From assembly GCA_004431415.1 (NCBI GenBank), contig QPMI01000056.1, positions 310,001 through 374,000 of the forward strand: DNA of 64,000 bases. Direction: 5' to 3'. Of the stretch, positions 24,507 to 36,368 are shown piece after piece. The stretch comes from Cyanophora paradoxa CCMP329. Taxonomy: Eukaryota; Plantae; Glaucophyta. The translations under genes and the position numbers were made by a program. Under the pieces are notes generated by a model. That model searched no databases and was not told the origin of the DNA. It saw only the letters and a list, made by a program, of their open reading frames with translations. Each line of letters starts with the position of its first letter. The first letter of the stretch is position 1.

Positions 24507-26172
24507 TCAGTCGTCCCCCTTGCCCTTCCTCCCCCCCTTGGCCTTCCCCCCCTTCGGCGCCCGCTTCTTCGCCTTGGTGTCCTTGCTCTTCTTCCTGTAA
24601 CCCCCGTCCCGCTCCTTTTTTTCCGCCCGCTCCCGGTCCTGTGCCGCGTTGTACCGGTTCGCCGCCTGCTCAGACGGCTCAGATCAGATCAGATCCGATC
24701 CGATCTGAGTTCTGATCCGAGTCACCGCGTCCGTGTCGATCTCGGGGCCCGAGCCGACGATCTTCTCGAGGACTCCTAGGGACTTGGCGCGCTCCGCCTT
24801 GCCCTGGGCCTTCGGGGCCACCACCGCGTCGAACTGGGGCGAGCGAAGCGATCAGAGGGGGCGGGGGCGGCCACATCATAAGCCCGGCGGCTCATAGGCT
24901 CGCGGACCTTCCTCCGCTTGCCCCTGTGCGCGTCCGGCTCTGCGTCCAGCTTCTTGTCGAACCGGCCTACGGATGCCGTCGCCGTCTGCGGCGCGGCGCG
25001 GCGCGGCGCGGCGGTGAGGCGGGACGGGATCAAACGGCGAGGATCGGGAGGGGCCGTCCGCCCCCCCCCCCCCCCCTTCTCCCTCCGGCTCACCTGAGCA
25101 AGCTTCAGCGCTTCCTCGACCTTGTCCTTGCCTGCGGGCACGCTCGCTCGCTCAGGCTGCTCAGGCGGTCCTGAGAGATCAGATCTGATCTTCGCGTGCG
25201 CACCCACGCGCTTCTTCTCGAGCGGAGCCTTCTTCGTCTTTTTCTCCGGGATCGACGTGGATAGCTCGACGCTCGCTGCGGACGAAGGCGCGCGGGTGCA
25301 GGCGTCGGCGTCGGCGTCGGCGCGCGAATTCGATCCGGATCGATTCGACGGAGCGCGCGCGCACCCGGGGTCCCCTTGGGGAGCACTCCCGCACGCTTCA
25401 GGTTCTCCATTCGCCGCTTCTCCTGCTTCGACATCTGCAGGGGACGTCAGCGTGCATGCATGCGCGCGCGCGCTCGGTGGCCTGGCGCCGCTCGCCTTCT
25501 CCCGCTTCGCCTCCGCGCGCTTGTCGAAGGGATCTTGGGACGGATCTGTCCGCGGCGCGCTCAACGAGCAGAGATTTACGAGAGCGCTACGATGCGCGTG
25601 TGGGCGCCTCACCCTCGCCCTGCTTGGCCGGGATGACCCACGCGTCGGTCTCCTCGCGCGCCGCCCGCCCGTAGCCCCACCGCGGCTTCCACTCGCCCGT
25701 CGCGTCGTCGAACTCCATGCGCCCGCGCTTCCGCTTGACGATCCCCTTCTGCTCCGCGAACTTCTGCCACTTCGTCTTGGCCTTCCCCTTCGGGATCTGC
25801 GGGGCGTCGGGCCGGCTTAGCTTTCGCGATCAGGCGCGGCGGGGAGGGCCCGCCGCGCGCGTACGCGGATGCCCACGCACAGGCTTTTCTCTTGGGAGCA
25901 CGGTTGTGGGCGGCGGCAGCTCCGCAACCCTCCCAACTTCGGCGGATCGCGTCGGGAGCTCGAAAAGCTTGTTCAGCAGTAGCTGCACACAATCCCGCGC
26001 ATGTGACTTCAGGTATTCATCCTTCTTCGACGATCTGCACCGCAGTGAGCGCTGAGATCGGAGCCCCCGCGCGCGGCGGCCCGCACTTCAGCGCCTTCGC
26101 GTCCAGGGGGCCCGGGTCAAAGCAGGCAAGGTTGCCGAGGTCAAACTGCAGGTCCAGCTCCCTTTCTGTCAT
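24507..26172 (-). CDS. RRS1: Ribosome biogenesis regulatory protein
   Basis: FDLGNLACFD, ARDCVQLLLNKLFELP, LPREKP|IPKGKAKTKWQKFAEQKGI.KRKR, WKPRWGY, ATASVGRFDKKL. Confidence 0.93.
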
Positions 26173-26352
26173 GGCCGGCTTGCTGCGCGGGGCCCCCGAT
26201 CGTGTGAGCAGGCGCTGGGCGCGGAGGTGGGGCGGGCGCACTACTTCGCCTCCGCCTCCTGGATAATCGCCATCGCATCCATGGCGCCGCGCCCTGGCTG
26301 TGCTACGATCGCGGGTCGGGCTAGTTGCAACGAAGAAAGGGTACAGTTCGCG

Positions 26353-26951
26353 ATGGCGACGAAGCGCGGTGTCTATCAGCTCTCGAAGCTGTCGGTGCAC
26401 TACTGCAAGCATGGAGGGAGCAGCGCGGGCATGCGGTTCGCGCCGGCTGCGGCCCGCTAGGCACACACGCCGGTTGCCTGATCGACCCGCGCGGCCTCGC
26501 AGGGAGTATATCGCGAAACACCTCGTGCCGTTCGCAGAGGCGAACCCGTGGCTGAGGATAGAGACCCAGATGAAGCCGAACAAGCACCCGCACATCATCG
26601 GCACCTACGGTCCGCGCCGCCCTCGGCCCCGCGCGTCGGCGCTGAAGCGCTGCCGCCGCCAGTGACCGGCATCTCGATGGAGGACGGCTGCCGGAACCTC
26701 TCGCCGGAGGAGATCCACGAGAAGGTGCTGGCGATGCGCAACAAGAGCAGCTCGAAGCCGCCGACCCTCGTGAACCGCGTCATAACGAAGCACCCTAGCA
26801 TCCAGGGCGTCTGGTGCGCGCGCCGCGCCGCGGAGAGACACATATGCATCCCGCCCGCGCCGCCGCTCACGCCCTCGCCCGCAGGCACCCTGGCCTCGCC
26901 CCGCAGGACATCCAGAGTGCGGAGCACCAAAACGTATCCAGCGGGAGCTAG
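26353..26951 (+). CDS. MRPL43: Mitochondrial ribosomal protein mL43 (L51/S25/CI-B8 domain)
   Basis: GVYQLSKLSVHYCKHGGSSAGMREYI..FAEANP..NKHPHIIGTY..RNLSPEEI..PSIQGVW. Confidence 0.9.
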
Positions 26952-27042
26952 CGAGCGGCCTCCGTCAGATAGGAGTCCATTAATTAGATAGCCTTCAGTT
27001 AGCTACACTCTTCCTACATCCTACTAGCTGTCGATGCCGCTT

Positions 27043-28812
27043 CTATCCCGAGCAGCGGATCCCTAGCGCCGCAGCGACGTGCCCGCTCCCGCCGCAGCCA
27101 AAGGATCGCTCGAATGGGGCCAGGAAGATCGTGTTCGTCAGCTGCGGCGGCGCCGTCGATCGCCGCGGCGCTGCGGCCGGGCGGGCGGCCGGCGGGCGGG
27201 CGGTGGCGCATGCGCACGCTGAAGAACACGGAGGTGGCGAGGATCGCGAGCGCTCGGGGCGGGGCGGGGACGAGGCCCTCCAGCAGCGTCTGCGCATGCG
27301 GGCGCCGCTCACCGCCGGCGGGGGCGGGGCGGGGCGGGGCGCGGGCGGGGCGGGGCGGGGCGGGGCGGGGCGGGCCTGCAGGATGCACACTGTACCGTAG
27401 TGCTGCCGTCAGCGAAGCCGAAGCGGAGGCACTCGGGCAGAGCGAGCGGCGGACCTGCGCCGTGGAGGCTGAAGAAGAGGACCTGCTCCCCGCGCGTCTC
27501 GCCGGTCCCGAGCACAACAATCGCCTCGCGCACGACGTCAGAGAGACGCTTCAATTTCAAATTTTCGCGTGAGATCAAATATTTCACCTCGTGGACGGCG
27601 GCGGAGGCGCCGAAGACGGCGGTAGCCGCGGCGGCGCCCGCCACCCGCCGGCGCACGCCGGCCTTCAGGAGCCGCGCGCGTACGGGCTCGAAGACGACCT
27701 CCCTGAAGAAGACGATGTTAGGCAGGTTCCAGCGGCGCGACCACAGGTCCTGCGAATTTAGAATCTGAGCGCGCTTCAAATAGATCAGACTTCAAAGGTC
27801 GGACCCTCGGCGAGCTGGCGAGAAATGGGTTGTCGAAGAGGATCCCGAACTCTATGCCCGTGATGAGGCTGTAGACGCCGATGAGGATGTCTGCGGGTGT
27901 CAAAGCGAAATTGATCCGACCGTGAGCGCTAGCATGAGAGGAAATTCGAAAGCGGAGCGAGGAGCCGCGACGACTTGCGCATGCAGGAACGCGCCGGAGG
28001 TCCCGTCGCATGTGAGGAAGAACATCCAGGAGCAGACGTACGCGCGCCGCAGAGTCGAGAGGAGACCCGTCGACGGCCGCAGATCCGCCACGGAGGCGAT
28101 GATGGCGAAGGCGAGGAGCTTCAGTGCGCCTAGGGCCATCCTCCGGAGTGCGGACACCCTTGCGATCGACGCGTCGCTCGCCTTGTCGCGCGCCAGGTAG
28201 CGGGGCGGAATTGCTAGATCCTGGAGCACCTGCGGGCGCTCCAACGTCAGCTCAAGATATGTATCATCTAGAATGCGGATCTGGGACGACACTGGGGCGC
28301 GGCGAGCTTGAAAGCCTGCAATTGAGCTCGAGAAGAGGGGCAGGCATAACTGGGCGTCGGGCGCGCGGGGCGGCCGTCGACTTTATGAAAAGGATACCAA
28401 CACTACCCTTAAGCGCTGCGAAGGGCGATCGTGTAACGTACGCGCACCCTTTTCAATCGAGGCCGACGGCCTGATTTGAGCTCCAGCGCCAGCGCGTGGA
28501 CAAGGCTCATGCCGTTTACTACCGACAGGAATGCCATGGCGAAGTGAGGCACCTCGAGCTGCATTGTGTGCCTGAGCAGCTGCTCAGCAGCAGCCGCGGG
28601 GGGTACCTGCGCATGCGTCGAAGTTATGAGCGCGCCGGGCGGAGCCCTGCTCCCGCTTTGCGCGGAGGCGACCACAAAGACATTGAGCACGCCGACCCTC
28701 GTCATGGTGCGGCGCCAAGCTTCTCCGGGCCGAACAGCGCGAACCCAACCAAACGCTCTCGCATGCCACAGCGCAATGCAGGTCGAGATCATCACAACCC
28801 CCACGGCTCCAT
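27043..28812 (-). CDS. MBOAT-family wax-synthase-like O-acyltransferase; start uncertain, probable 1-bp indel in a G-run near the start
   Basis: FDNPFLASSPR|DLWSRRWN, AVFGASAAVHE (catalytic His context), FFSLHG; several hydrophobic segments. Confidence 0.8.
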
Positions 28813-28914
28813 CGCTCTGGGCTCAGTCGTGCTCGAGCTCGCGGGCTCCAGCGGCTCGCCTGGCGGTCTCTCACTCAGCATCCGCCGGCGGGCTGCAGCC
28901 TGCAGCTGGGGCCG

Positions 28915-31744
28915 ATGGCGACCGCCACGAGACCGTCGCTGCTGCGCGCCTGGGCTCCGGCAGCTCAATTTCAAACTCCGCCTTCAGCGGCGACCGCGGC
29001 GGCTCGTTCGAATTCGGATTCCGCGGCTCGCGGGCGCGTCTGCGCGTCTCCCGCAGCGGCGAGGACGCGTTTGAAGTGTTCTGGAGCCCTGCACAGGATC
29101 TGGAGAGCGGTCTCGCCGCCGGATCGGGCGCCTGCGCCGGGCCGGGAGACGAACAGGCGGGCCCCGAACAGGAGGATGCGCGGGACCTTCGCGCGTCCGG
29201 CCGCTGGCGCGCGCTGCGATTCTCCTCTCAATCTGCTTTCCTGAACCGAATCGAGCCTTACAACGCAGGTACGGTGGCCCCGAGCTAATCGACCAGCGCT
29301 GGCCAGTCGACGGCGCCAGCATGCCCGCGCGCTCCCCCGCGCCCCGCGCCCCGTTTTTACCGCCGCCCGGCCCGCGAAGAACTCGTACCCGCAGATGACG
29401 GAGCTGTACCCCCGCGAGTTCGACGCCGCGTCGGGTCTCCTCGGGATCGCGGAGGCGCGCTGGACGACCAGCCGCGGTGCGCCTCCCGCCTGCCGGCCCT
29501 GTACCCCCCATCCGCGCCGCCAACCGTATTCCAGGTCTCGATCTCGAGGTGTACCCCGGGCCCGGCCTCGCCGTGGCGTTCAACGGGGCGGGTGACGGGC
29601 TCCTCCGCCTGCGGGGCCGATCCCTGCGCTACGCGGTTCGAGTCCACGCGGGCCCCAAATCCGCCGCCCTGGCGCAGCTGGCCCGACTTCCGCGCGCCGC
29701 CGTACCCCCTCCCGACGACCTCGTCGCCCGCCCCGCCTGGAGCACGTGGGCGGCCCTCGGCGCCGGCGTGCGAAATTTGAATCCCTCCCGTCCGGATTCG
29801 AACCGGCAAGAAGCCGTACCCCTCTACAGGTCTCGCAGGAATCGGTCCTGGGGTACGCGCGGGAGATCGCGTCCAGGGGGTACCCCCGCTCGCTCCTCGA
29901 GATTGCGCGCCCTAACCCTTGCCCCCTACCCTTCCTCCTCCGAACCTTACGCGTACCCCCTGTCGCAGGATGACCGCTGGAGCGCTCGCTACGGAGACCT
30001 AGAGTTCGACTCCGCGAAGTTCCCGGATCCGGAGGCCCGCCAGGGTTCGCGATACCCCCCGTGCCCGCCTGCCTTTCGCCGCAGGCGATGCTGGCGGAGC
30101 TGCGGGCGCTTGGATTTGCGGTATCCCTCTGGGTCCTGCCCTGGGCGGCAGCCGACTCCGCTGCGTTCGTTGTGCGCCGCCGCGCCGGTCCTTCTTTTCT
30201 AAAGTCACCTGAGTCTGAGCCGGCGGGGCCAGGAGGGAGCGGAGAAGGGGTACTGGGTGACGGACGCGGCGGGATACCCACTACTCTGCGACTGGTGGCA
30301 GCCCGCCCCCGCCGCCGTGCTGGACGTCACGCGCCCCGGGGCCGCCGAGTGCCGTACCCCCCGCTCCCGTCGCCCGGGCTAGGCCGACCGGTACCGCGGG
30401 CAGGTGGTGGGGGGTACGGCTGAAGGCCCTCCAATCCCGCTTCGGCCTTGCCGGGTTCAAATTCGACGGGGCGGAGCCCCTCTTCTTCGCTCGGGTACCC
30501 CCCGCTCCCTTCTCTCCACCTTTTCCATATCGATCCCGTACCCCTCCGGCAGCCCGGCTGGCGCGCGGCCCGGCGGCTGCGATCCGCTGCCGAGTGGACC
30601 CATCTCTACGTCGAACGCGTCGCCTCGCGCTTCGCGGGGCGCGCCTGTACCCATTCCAATAGGGCCGCGTACCCCTGACCAGGGGCGGGGGCTGGGGCGA
30701 AGATACAGCGAGGTCCGCGGGGCGAGCGGCAACCAGGGGGCGTCCCTCGTGGTGCTGTATCCCCTACTCCTGCCCCCCTCCCCCTCCTTCCCCTCTCTCC
30801 TCATATGAGCTTACAGACGCGCATGCACGACCGACGGAGCGAGTGGGGCCCGCGCCTCGGCCTCGCGAGCGTCGTTCCCACCGGTACCCGTCCCCCCTTC
30901 TCCCCCCCTCCCGCGCCAGGCTGATCGCGCCGCGGCCCTTTCAGCGCTGGTCCTTGGGGCGGCTGGGTACCCCTACGTCGCTCCGGATATGGTGGGGGGA
31001 GGGGAAATCGGCGCCGTCGAGGGGCTCGCCCCGGAGCTGATGGTGCTATGAATAGCTGCCCATCTTCCCCCGGCCAGCGGAGCTCATCTGAGCCGCGCTA
31101 AGCCCGCCCGCAGGTCCGCTGGGCTCAGCTGAGTGCGTTCTTCTGCGTCGTGCAATTCAGCATACCCCCTTGGCACACGCCCTCCGTCCCTGAGGTGCCC
31201 TGCACCGTACCCCCCAAAGCCCCCCAACCCGGCCCCCTTCACGATTTGCAGGGGGGGCCCTCCGGGGAAGAGGCCGCGGAGATCGTGCGGGGGGTGCTAG
31301 CCTGGCGCGAGGAGCTGGTCGTACCCCTCCTGAGGCGCCTTGTGCGTCGCGCGGCGGAGACCGGCGAGCCCGTGAGCATGTAACCCCTCCACGCCCCTCG
31401 CGTCCCTCAACCCCCCTCCCCAGATCATCTCGCCCCTCTACTTCGCCGAGGAGGGGGAGGAGGGGGCCCGTACCCCGGCCAGCTCGGCGGGGGACCAGTT
31501 CGCGCTGGGGTACGACGACATCGTGGCGCCGGTGACGGAGGCGGGGGCGGCGTCGAGGGATCTGTACCTCCCCCCCGGCCTCTGGGTAGACGTGCTGGCA
31601 GCCCGGGGGTGGCCCGGCGGCCTGCGGGGTGCCCTCGAGGGGGGGCGCCTCCTGCGGGGGTATCCGTGCCCCCTCGGTCACGTCGCTTGGTTCCGCCGCG
31701 TCCCTAGCTATATTTCCCCAGGCCGTGGAGCTGGTGAGCGCTGA
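28915..31744 (+). CDS. Glycoside hydrolase family 31, MYORG/NET37-like; many exons, start uncertain
   Basis: PAWSTW, LEI|DDRW..YGDLEFDSAKFPDP, SLWVLPW, FKFDGAE, GYPYVAPDMVGG, RWAQL..QFSIPPW, DQFALG..VAPV..SRDLYLPPGLW. Confidence 0.88.
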
Positions 31745-32818
31745 GCGTCCGTGCCGCCGGGCCGAGTCCCAGACTCCCAGCCCTGCAGCTGTCTCTCACC
31801 AATGTCTCTCAGTGCCGGTCCACAGCTGCAGACACGTATACGTACATGTAGGCGTCGTGCGGGCGGGCGACGGCGATAGGTTCACGGTTGAGCGCTTCGC
31901 GCTGCCGACTAGATTTGAACTAGCTGGCCTTTGGCTGCCTCATCATGGCATGATCAGGTCGGTGCCCATGCCATGGACCGCTAGGTGCCTAGGTCAAGTG
32001 GGAAAAAGTCTGCCTTGCCTGGCCCAGTACTAGCTATAGTGGCCTGCCGCAGTGCTGTACGGTATACAGCTACCGCGCCCCTTAAGCAAGACACGGCAGA
32101 GGCAGGCTTGAAATATATATATGCACGTGCACAACTTGGCAAGCCGGCAGCCAATTGTAAGGCCTAGGCAGTGGACCGTCGGACTCCGGGACCGCGCTCC
32201 TGGCCGCACTGCGGGAGTCTGCGGCAGGACCTAGTACTCTGTACTCTGCGATCAAGCCTTGAAGCCTTGATCATGATCATGAAGGGGCCGATCGGATACG
32301 ATATACTAGATGATAATACTGGCCCCCGGGGCCCCGCCGGGCCGGGGGCCGGGGCCCGGGCCCGGCGGGCCCGGCCCCAGGCCCCAGGGCCGCGGCCCTG
32401 GCCATATAATTATAATACTATATATATGATATCGATACGTAGTACGTACTGGGCCACTACTGGCCCCGCGGCCGGGCGGGGCCGGACCCGCCGGGCCGGG
32501 CGCCAGCCGCGGGCCCGGGGCCGCCGCCGGCCCGCCGGCCCCACCGTCCTCCACGATATCGATCGTATCCGCGTTAACGTTCGTGATCATGATCACGATA
32601 TCGCCGAGTCGATTTTATCGCCGATCGATATCGCGAGTCACTGAGTCGTCGTCATATCGATCTTTCATCATTATCGATATCGGATCATCATTCGGATGCA
32701 CACTGCACACACACTGTGAGTCTGTGACACATATATCATAGTTGCAAGTTGAGCATTAATATTGCACATGTACACGTTAAATTAATGCCAAGAGGGCAAG
32801 CGCTGGCCTTGTCTCAGT

Positions 32819-32847
32819 TGTCAGGGCCCTTGGTGTGCACCCCCCCC
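32819..32847 (+). repeat. Left terminal inverted repeat of the giant element
   Basis: TGTCAGGG-N6-GTGTGCA-C8; pairs with 52002-52031. Confidence 0.85.
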
Positions 32848-33403
32848 AGGAGCATTTGCTTCAATTCCCGGAGGGATTGTTGTATATGGTCATGGTGCAA
32901 GGCAGGGGGCGGCGAGCGGGGCGCTCCTTGGTGGAACAAATACGTAGGCACATGCACCGGGCATGGCAGCGGCCAGGCAGGCAGTCCCTGGCAGCCGATC
33001 CTGGCATAGTGAACAGGAGCCCGGGGCGCGGCGCCGGCGAGCTAGTAGCGTAAGAGGTCTTTGTATCATACATACAAGTGGTTCGTGTGGCCGGGCGGGC
33101 TGCGCGCGCGCTGCCCTGGACGCGCGCCCGTCGAGCGTGCGGGCGCCAGCTCGGGCACTCAGATGCATGCCGGCAGCGCTCAAACCTACCACGGATGCGA
33201 TGCTAGGTCGCTGAAGATGCTGCGCGCGCCCGACGCGGCCCAGCACTCGGTTTTGACGACAGCGTCAAGGGAGGGGGGGGTGCAGTGAATTTTTCGACCG
33301 CGGGAACAGCCGGCGGCAGACCGCCGGAGAGCCGCCCCAGCCGGCCAAAACAGCGATAGCCTAGTGCACGGAGCTGCGGGCGCTCATTGCGGTTCGCCTC
33401 GCA

Positions 33404-35601
33404 ATGAGCGGCTTCGAGATTTACATCGACCCGGAGATTCTGGAGGAGTATGTGGCTCAGAAGAGAAAGGCGAGGGAGATCGTGGCTCTGCTGCACGAGG
33501 AGCACCAAATCCAGATTTCGATGCGCGCCCTGCGCTACAAGCTCAGCGACCTCGACCTCTCGACGGACTACTCTCTCTCAAAGGAGGCAGTTTACGATGT
33601 CGTAGAAGAAGCGGCGACTTTGTGCGGCGACGGATACGGCTACGACGCGATCCGCGGGGCGCTCAGGGCCGCGGGCATCACTGTGGCGAAGTCTAGGATT
33701 CAGCACGCCCTCGCGGAGCTGGATCCGACGGGACGCAACGTTCGCCTGGGCGAGTTCGCGAAAAAGCGCAGGTCCATCCACCGCTCGACCTTCTACGGGT
33801 CCGCGCCGCCACGCCGCCCGTGCCGCACCGCCGCGCCGCGCTGACGCACGCCTTGTGCGCAGGAAGTTCTTCGGCTGGAGTGTCGGTTTCGACCAGAACG
33901 AGAAGGCGGTGCCGTACACGAACGTCTACATCTTCGCGGCCGTGGAGAATACGTCCACATTCATCCTGGACTTGCATTGCGGGCTTGCTCGCTCCACTAT
34001 ACAAGGCTACAAACTGTACAAGTGCGCGCGAGGGGCACACGCCTCGCAGCTGCGTGCTCCGTGACCCCAGAGCTGCAGGTCGGTCGTGGAGGAGTTCGGG
34101 GTCTTCGACACGGTCTCCTCGGACTGCGGCGCAGAGAACCGGCTGACCTGGACAGCCCACGTGTGCTCCCTCCCACTCCTCTTGCTCACCTGCGCCGCAC
34201 CTGACCCCCGGGGCGCGGCCACCGAAAGGCGCTCGTGCTGGAGGAAACCGAGCGGCTGATCGACGAGGAAATTGCGAAGGGCAACATCACGGACCCCACC
34301 ACCGGCCTTCCCTGGCGGAGGCTCAACTTCGAAGATCCCAACGACCTGCGCGACGCCGTCATGGTGGGCCCATCCTACCGGAACCCGAAGGTCGAGAAGA
34401 ATTGGAGGTGATGGACACGCCCTCTCCCCACGCATTCCTTCTGTATTTGCTCTCTCCGGTAACACTCCATGGGCAGGTGGGTGAATGTCAAGGTCACGAA
34501 GCCCATCGTGGATGCGGCTGTGATGCTGGAGATGCTCGAGTGGTACAACAGGTGCCCTTCGTGCGACCCGCCAGTCGATGACAGCTACAGACCATGATGG
34601 CCATCCCTATGTACATGTTGGAAGGCTACAATCAGTTACTTCTGGCTGAGACTTGCCAAATTAAGAGCTCTTAATTTGCATGCGTGCATTCGAATTCACT
34701 TGGCATGCATGCTTATTATTCTCCGCTTGCATTCAGACTCGACCCTCAACAGCTGTTTGCCATGGCGAAGGCGACCATGTACGTGATGGAGTACGGCCTC
34801 GCCATCGCGAAGAACAGCTGGAACCACCACGTGAATTCAGGCTCCAAGGAGACGGGGGGCAGAACGGCAGGCCAGACTGGTGGTATGCACTGCGGCACCT
34901 GTTCCCTGTTCTTTAAATTGTGCTGGTCCCAGCTCACTGGGCCCGGGTGCAGGCGCGAGAACATGAACTACATGCGGCCTCTGATGTTCAACCTGCCAGA
35001 GTGGACGGAAATGAAGGATATCCACAACCAGAGGGGCGGCTCTGTCAACGGCTCGGTCCTTGACAGCCGCATGAAGGACCCCGTTGAGCCCGACTTCGTC
35101 GTCTTTGACGAACCCCGCACGACTCTCCGGTGTGAAATTACCTGCCCCGGGCACTCCCTTCATTGTTTATCAAGCTTCCTCACGCTCAGGATGCTGCGGG
35201 ACGAGATGTTCAAGGAATGCAATGAGGACTTGAAGGAGATCTGGAAGCATGTGGTCAACTTCGGGCGGGAGTATGATGAGGAAGCTCCGGGGGTACGTGG
35301 ACGCATTGCGGAGCAGTACTCCAGCAACCCCCTTGGAGGGCTCCCCCGGCTCTTCTTGTTCATGCTGCAGCTGAACGAGCAGCTTTCCGACCTGCACCTG
35401 TACGATGTGTCCATCCCCGGCTGGATGCAGTGGGTGCACGACGCACCCGCCAACAACGACGCGCCCCGTGCCCGGTCAATGCAGGGGATGGGCTTCTTCC
35501 CACCGGACGAGTACCTGCTGGAGCCCCAGGAAATGCGTGCAGCTTTCTTTTATTATGTGCACAATTTCGATCCCCTCGTGCGCGGCCCCCGGGCCCGCTA
35601 G
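33404..35601 (+). CDS. IS3EU-type DDE transposase (Clr5-like/HTH N-terminus plus integrase core), multi-exon, apparently intact
   Basis: N-terminal LRYKLSDL..GYGYDAIRGALR..LAELDPTG; catalytic D (GWSVGFDQNEK, 33891), D (VSSDCGAEN, 34122), E (GPSYRNPKVEKNWR, 34394); downstream SWNHH; the introns I traced through the catalytic core keep the frame. Confidence 0.88.
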
Positions 35602-35752
35602 GCTAGCCCTCTAGCGGCCCTCTAGCCCTAGCTTGATATAGCTAGCTCTGGCTATGTCTAATGAAACGCTCTCTCCTGCTCGCACTGGGCGGGAAAGGAA
35701 ATGGAAACATCCACATACAGCAAAGTGACATTGACCTAGGCCTAGAGCTCGG

Positions 35753-36347
35753 GATGAACATCCAGAGACAGAACTACCTTCAAGCTTCACCTCGGCTGCA
35801 GCCAGCCTAGATGCGAGCAGCTCCCCGACAATACCTGCAGCTCGAGTGAGTTTCCAAATGCCTGCAGGTGCGGGGACGAGCGCAAGGACTCGATGGGGCG
35901 CACGGGGCTCAAGAAGAGGGGGAAGCGCGGCCGATGCAGACGCGCTTGCGTGCGCGCTTTCGCCACGCAGCCGTGGGCCCTTCCGCGACTCCGGCGATCG
36001 TAATGCTCCCGCCAGGCTTGCCGGAGCGCGCGCCGAAGCCGCAGCGGGACGCCACCTGCGGTATTGACGCCATCGTAAATGGCCCGTGCGGCGCCGCGGG
36101 CGGTGCACGGGCGCTGCGCCGGCGATGGGATCGCAGTCTGTGTGTGTACCGTAGGCGGATGCGAGCCTCGGGCGTGCCTATTCGCAGCCCGCCGCGAGGA
36201 ACAGGTGGTGTTGCCAACTGGCACGCCCGAGCGAGGCGGCGCGGGGCGGGGCTGGGCGGCGCCCAGGTCACTGGCGGCTCGCTCGCGCCGAGCTCGCTGC
36301 AGGAGCGCTCGGCGGGCTCCGGGATGGCTGAGTCCGGTGTACCCGGA
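35753..36347 (+). repeat. Long internal inverted repeat, arm A (5' region of the RING-PHD gene)
   Basis: Near-identical core (~35870-36347) plus diverged flank matches the reverse complement of 45146-45787. Confidence 0.9.
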
Positions 36348-36368
36348 GAATTGGGGTACACATCGAAA

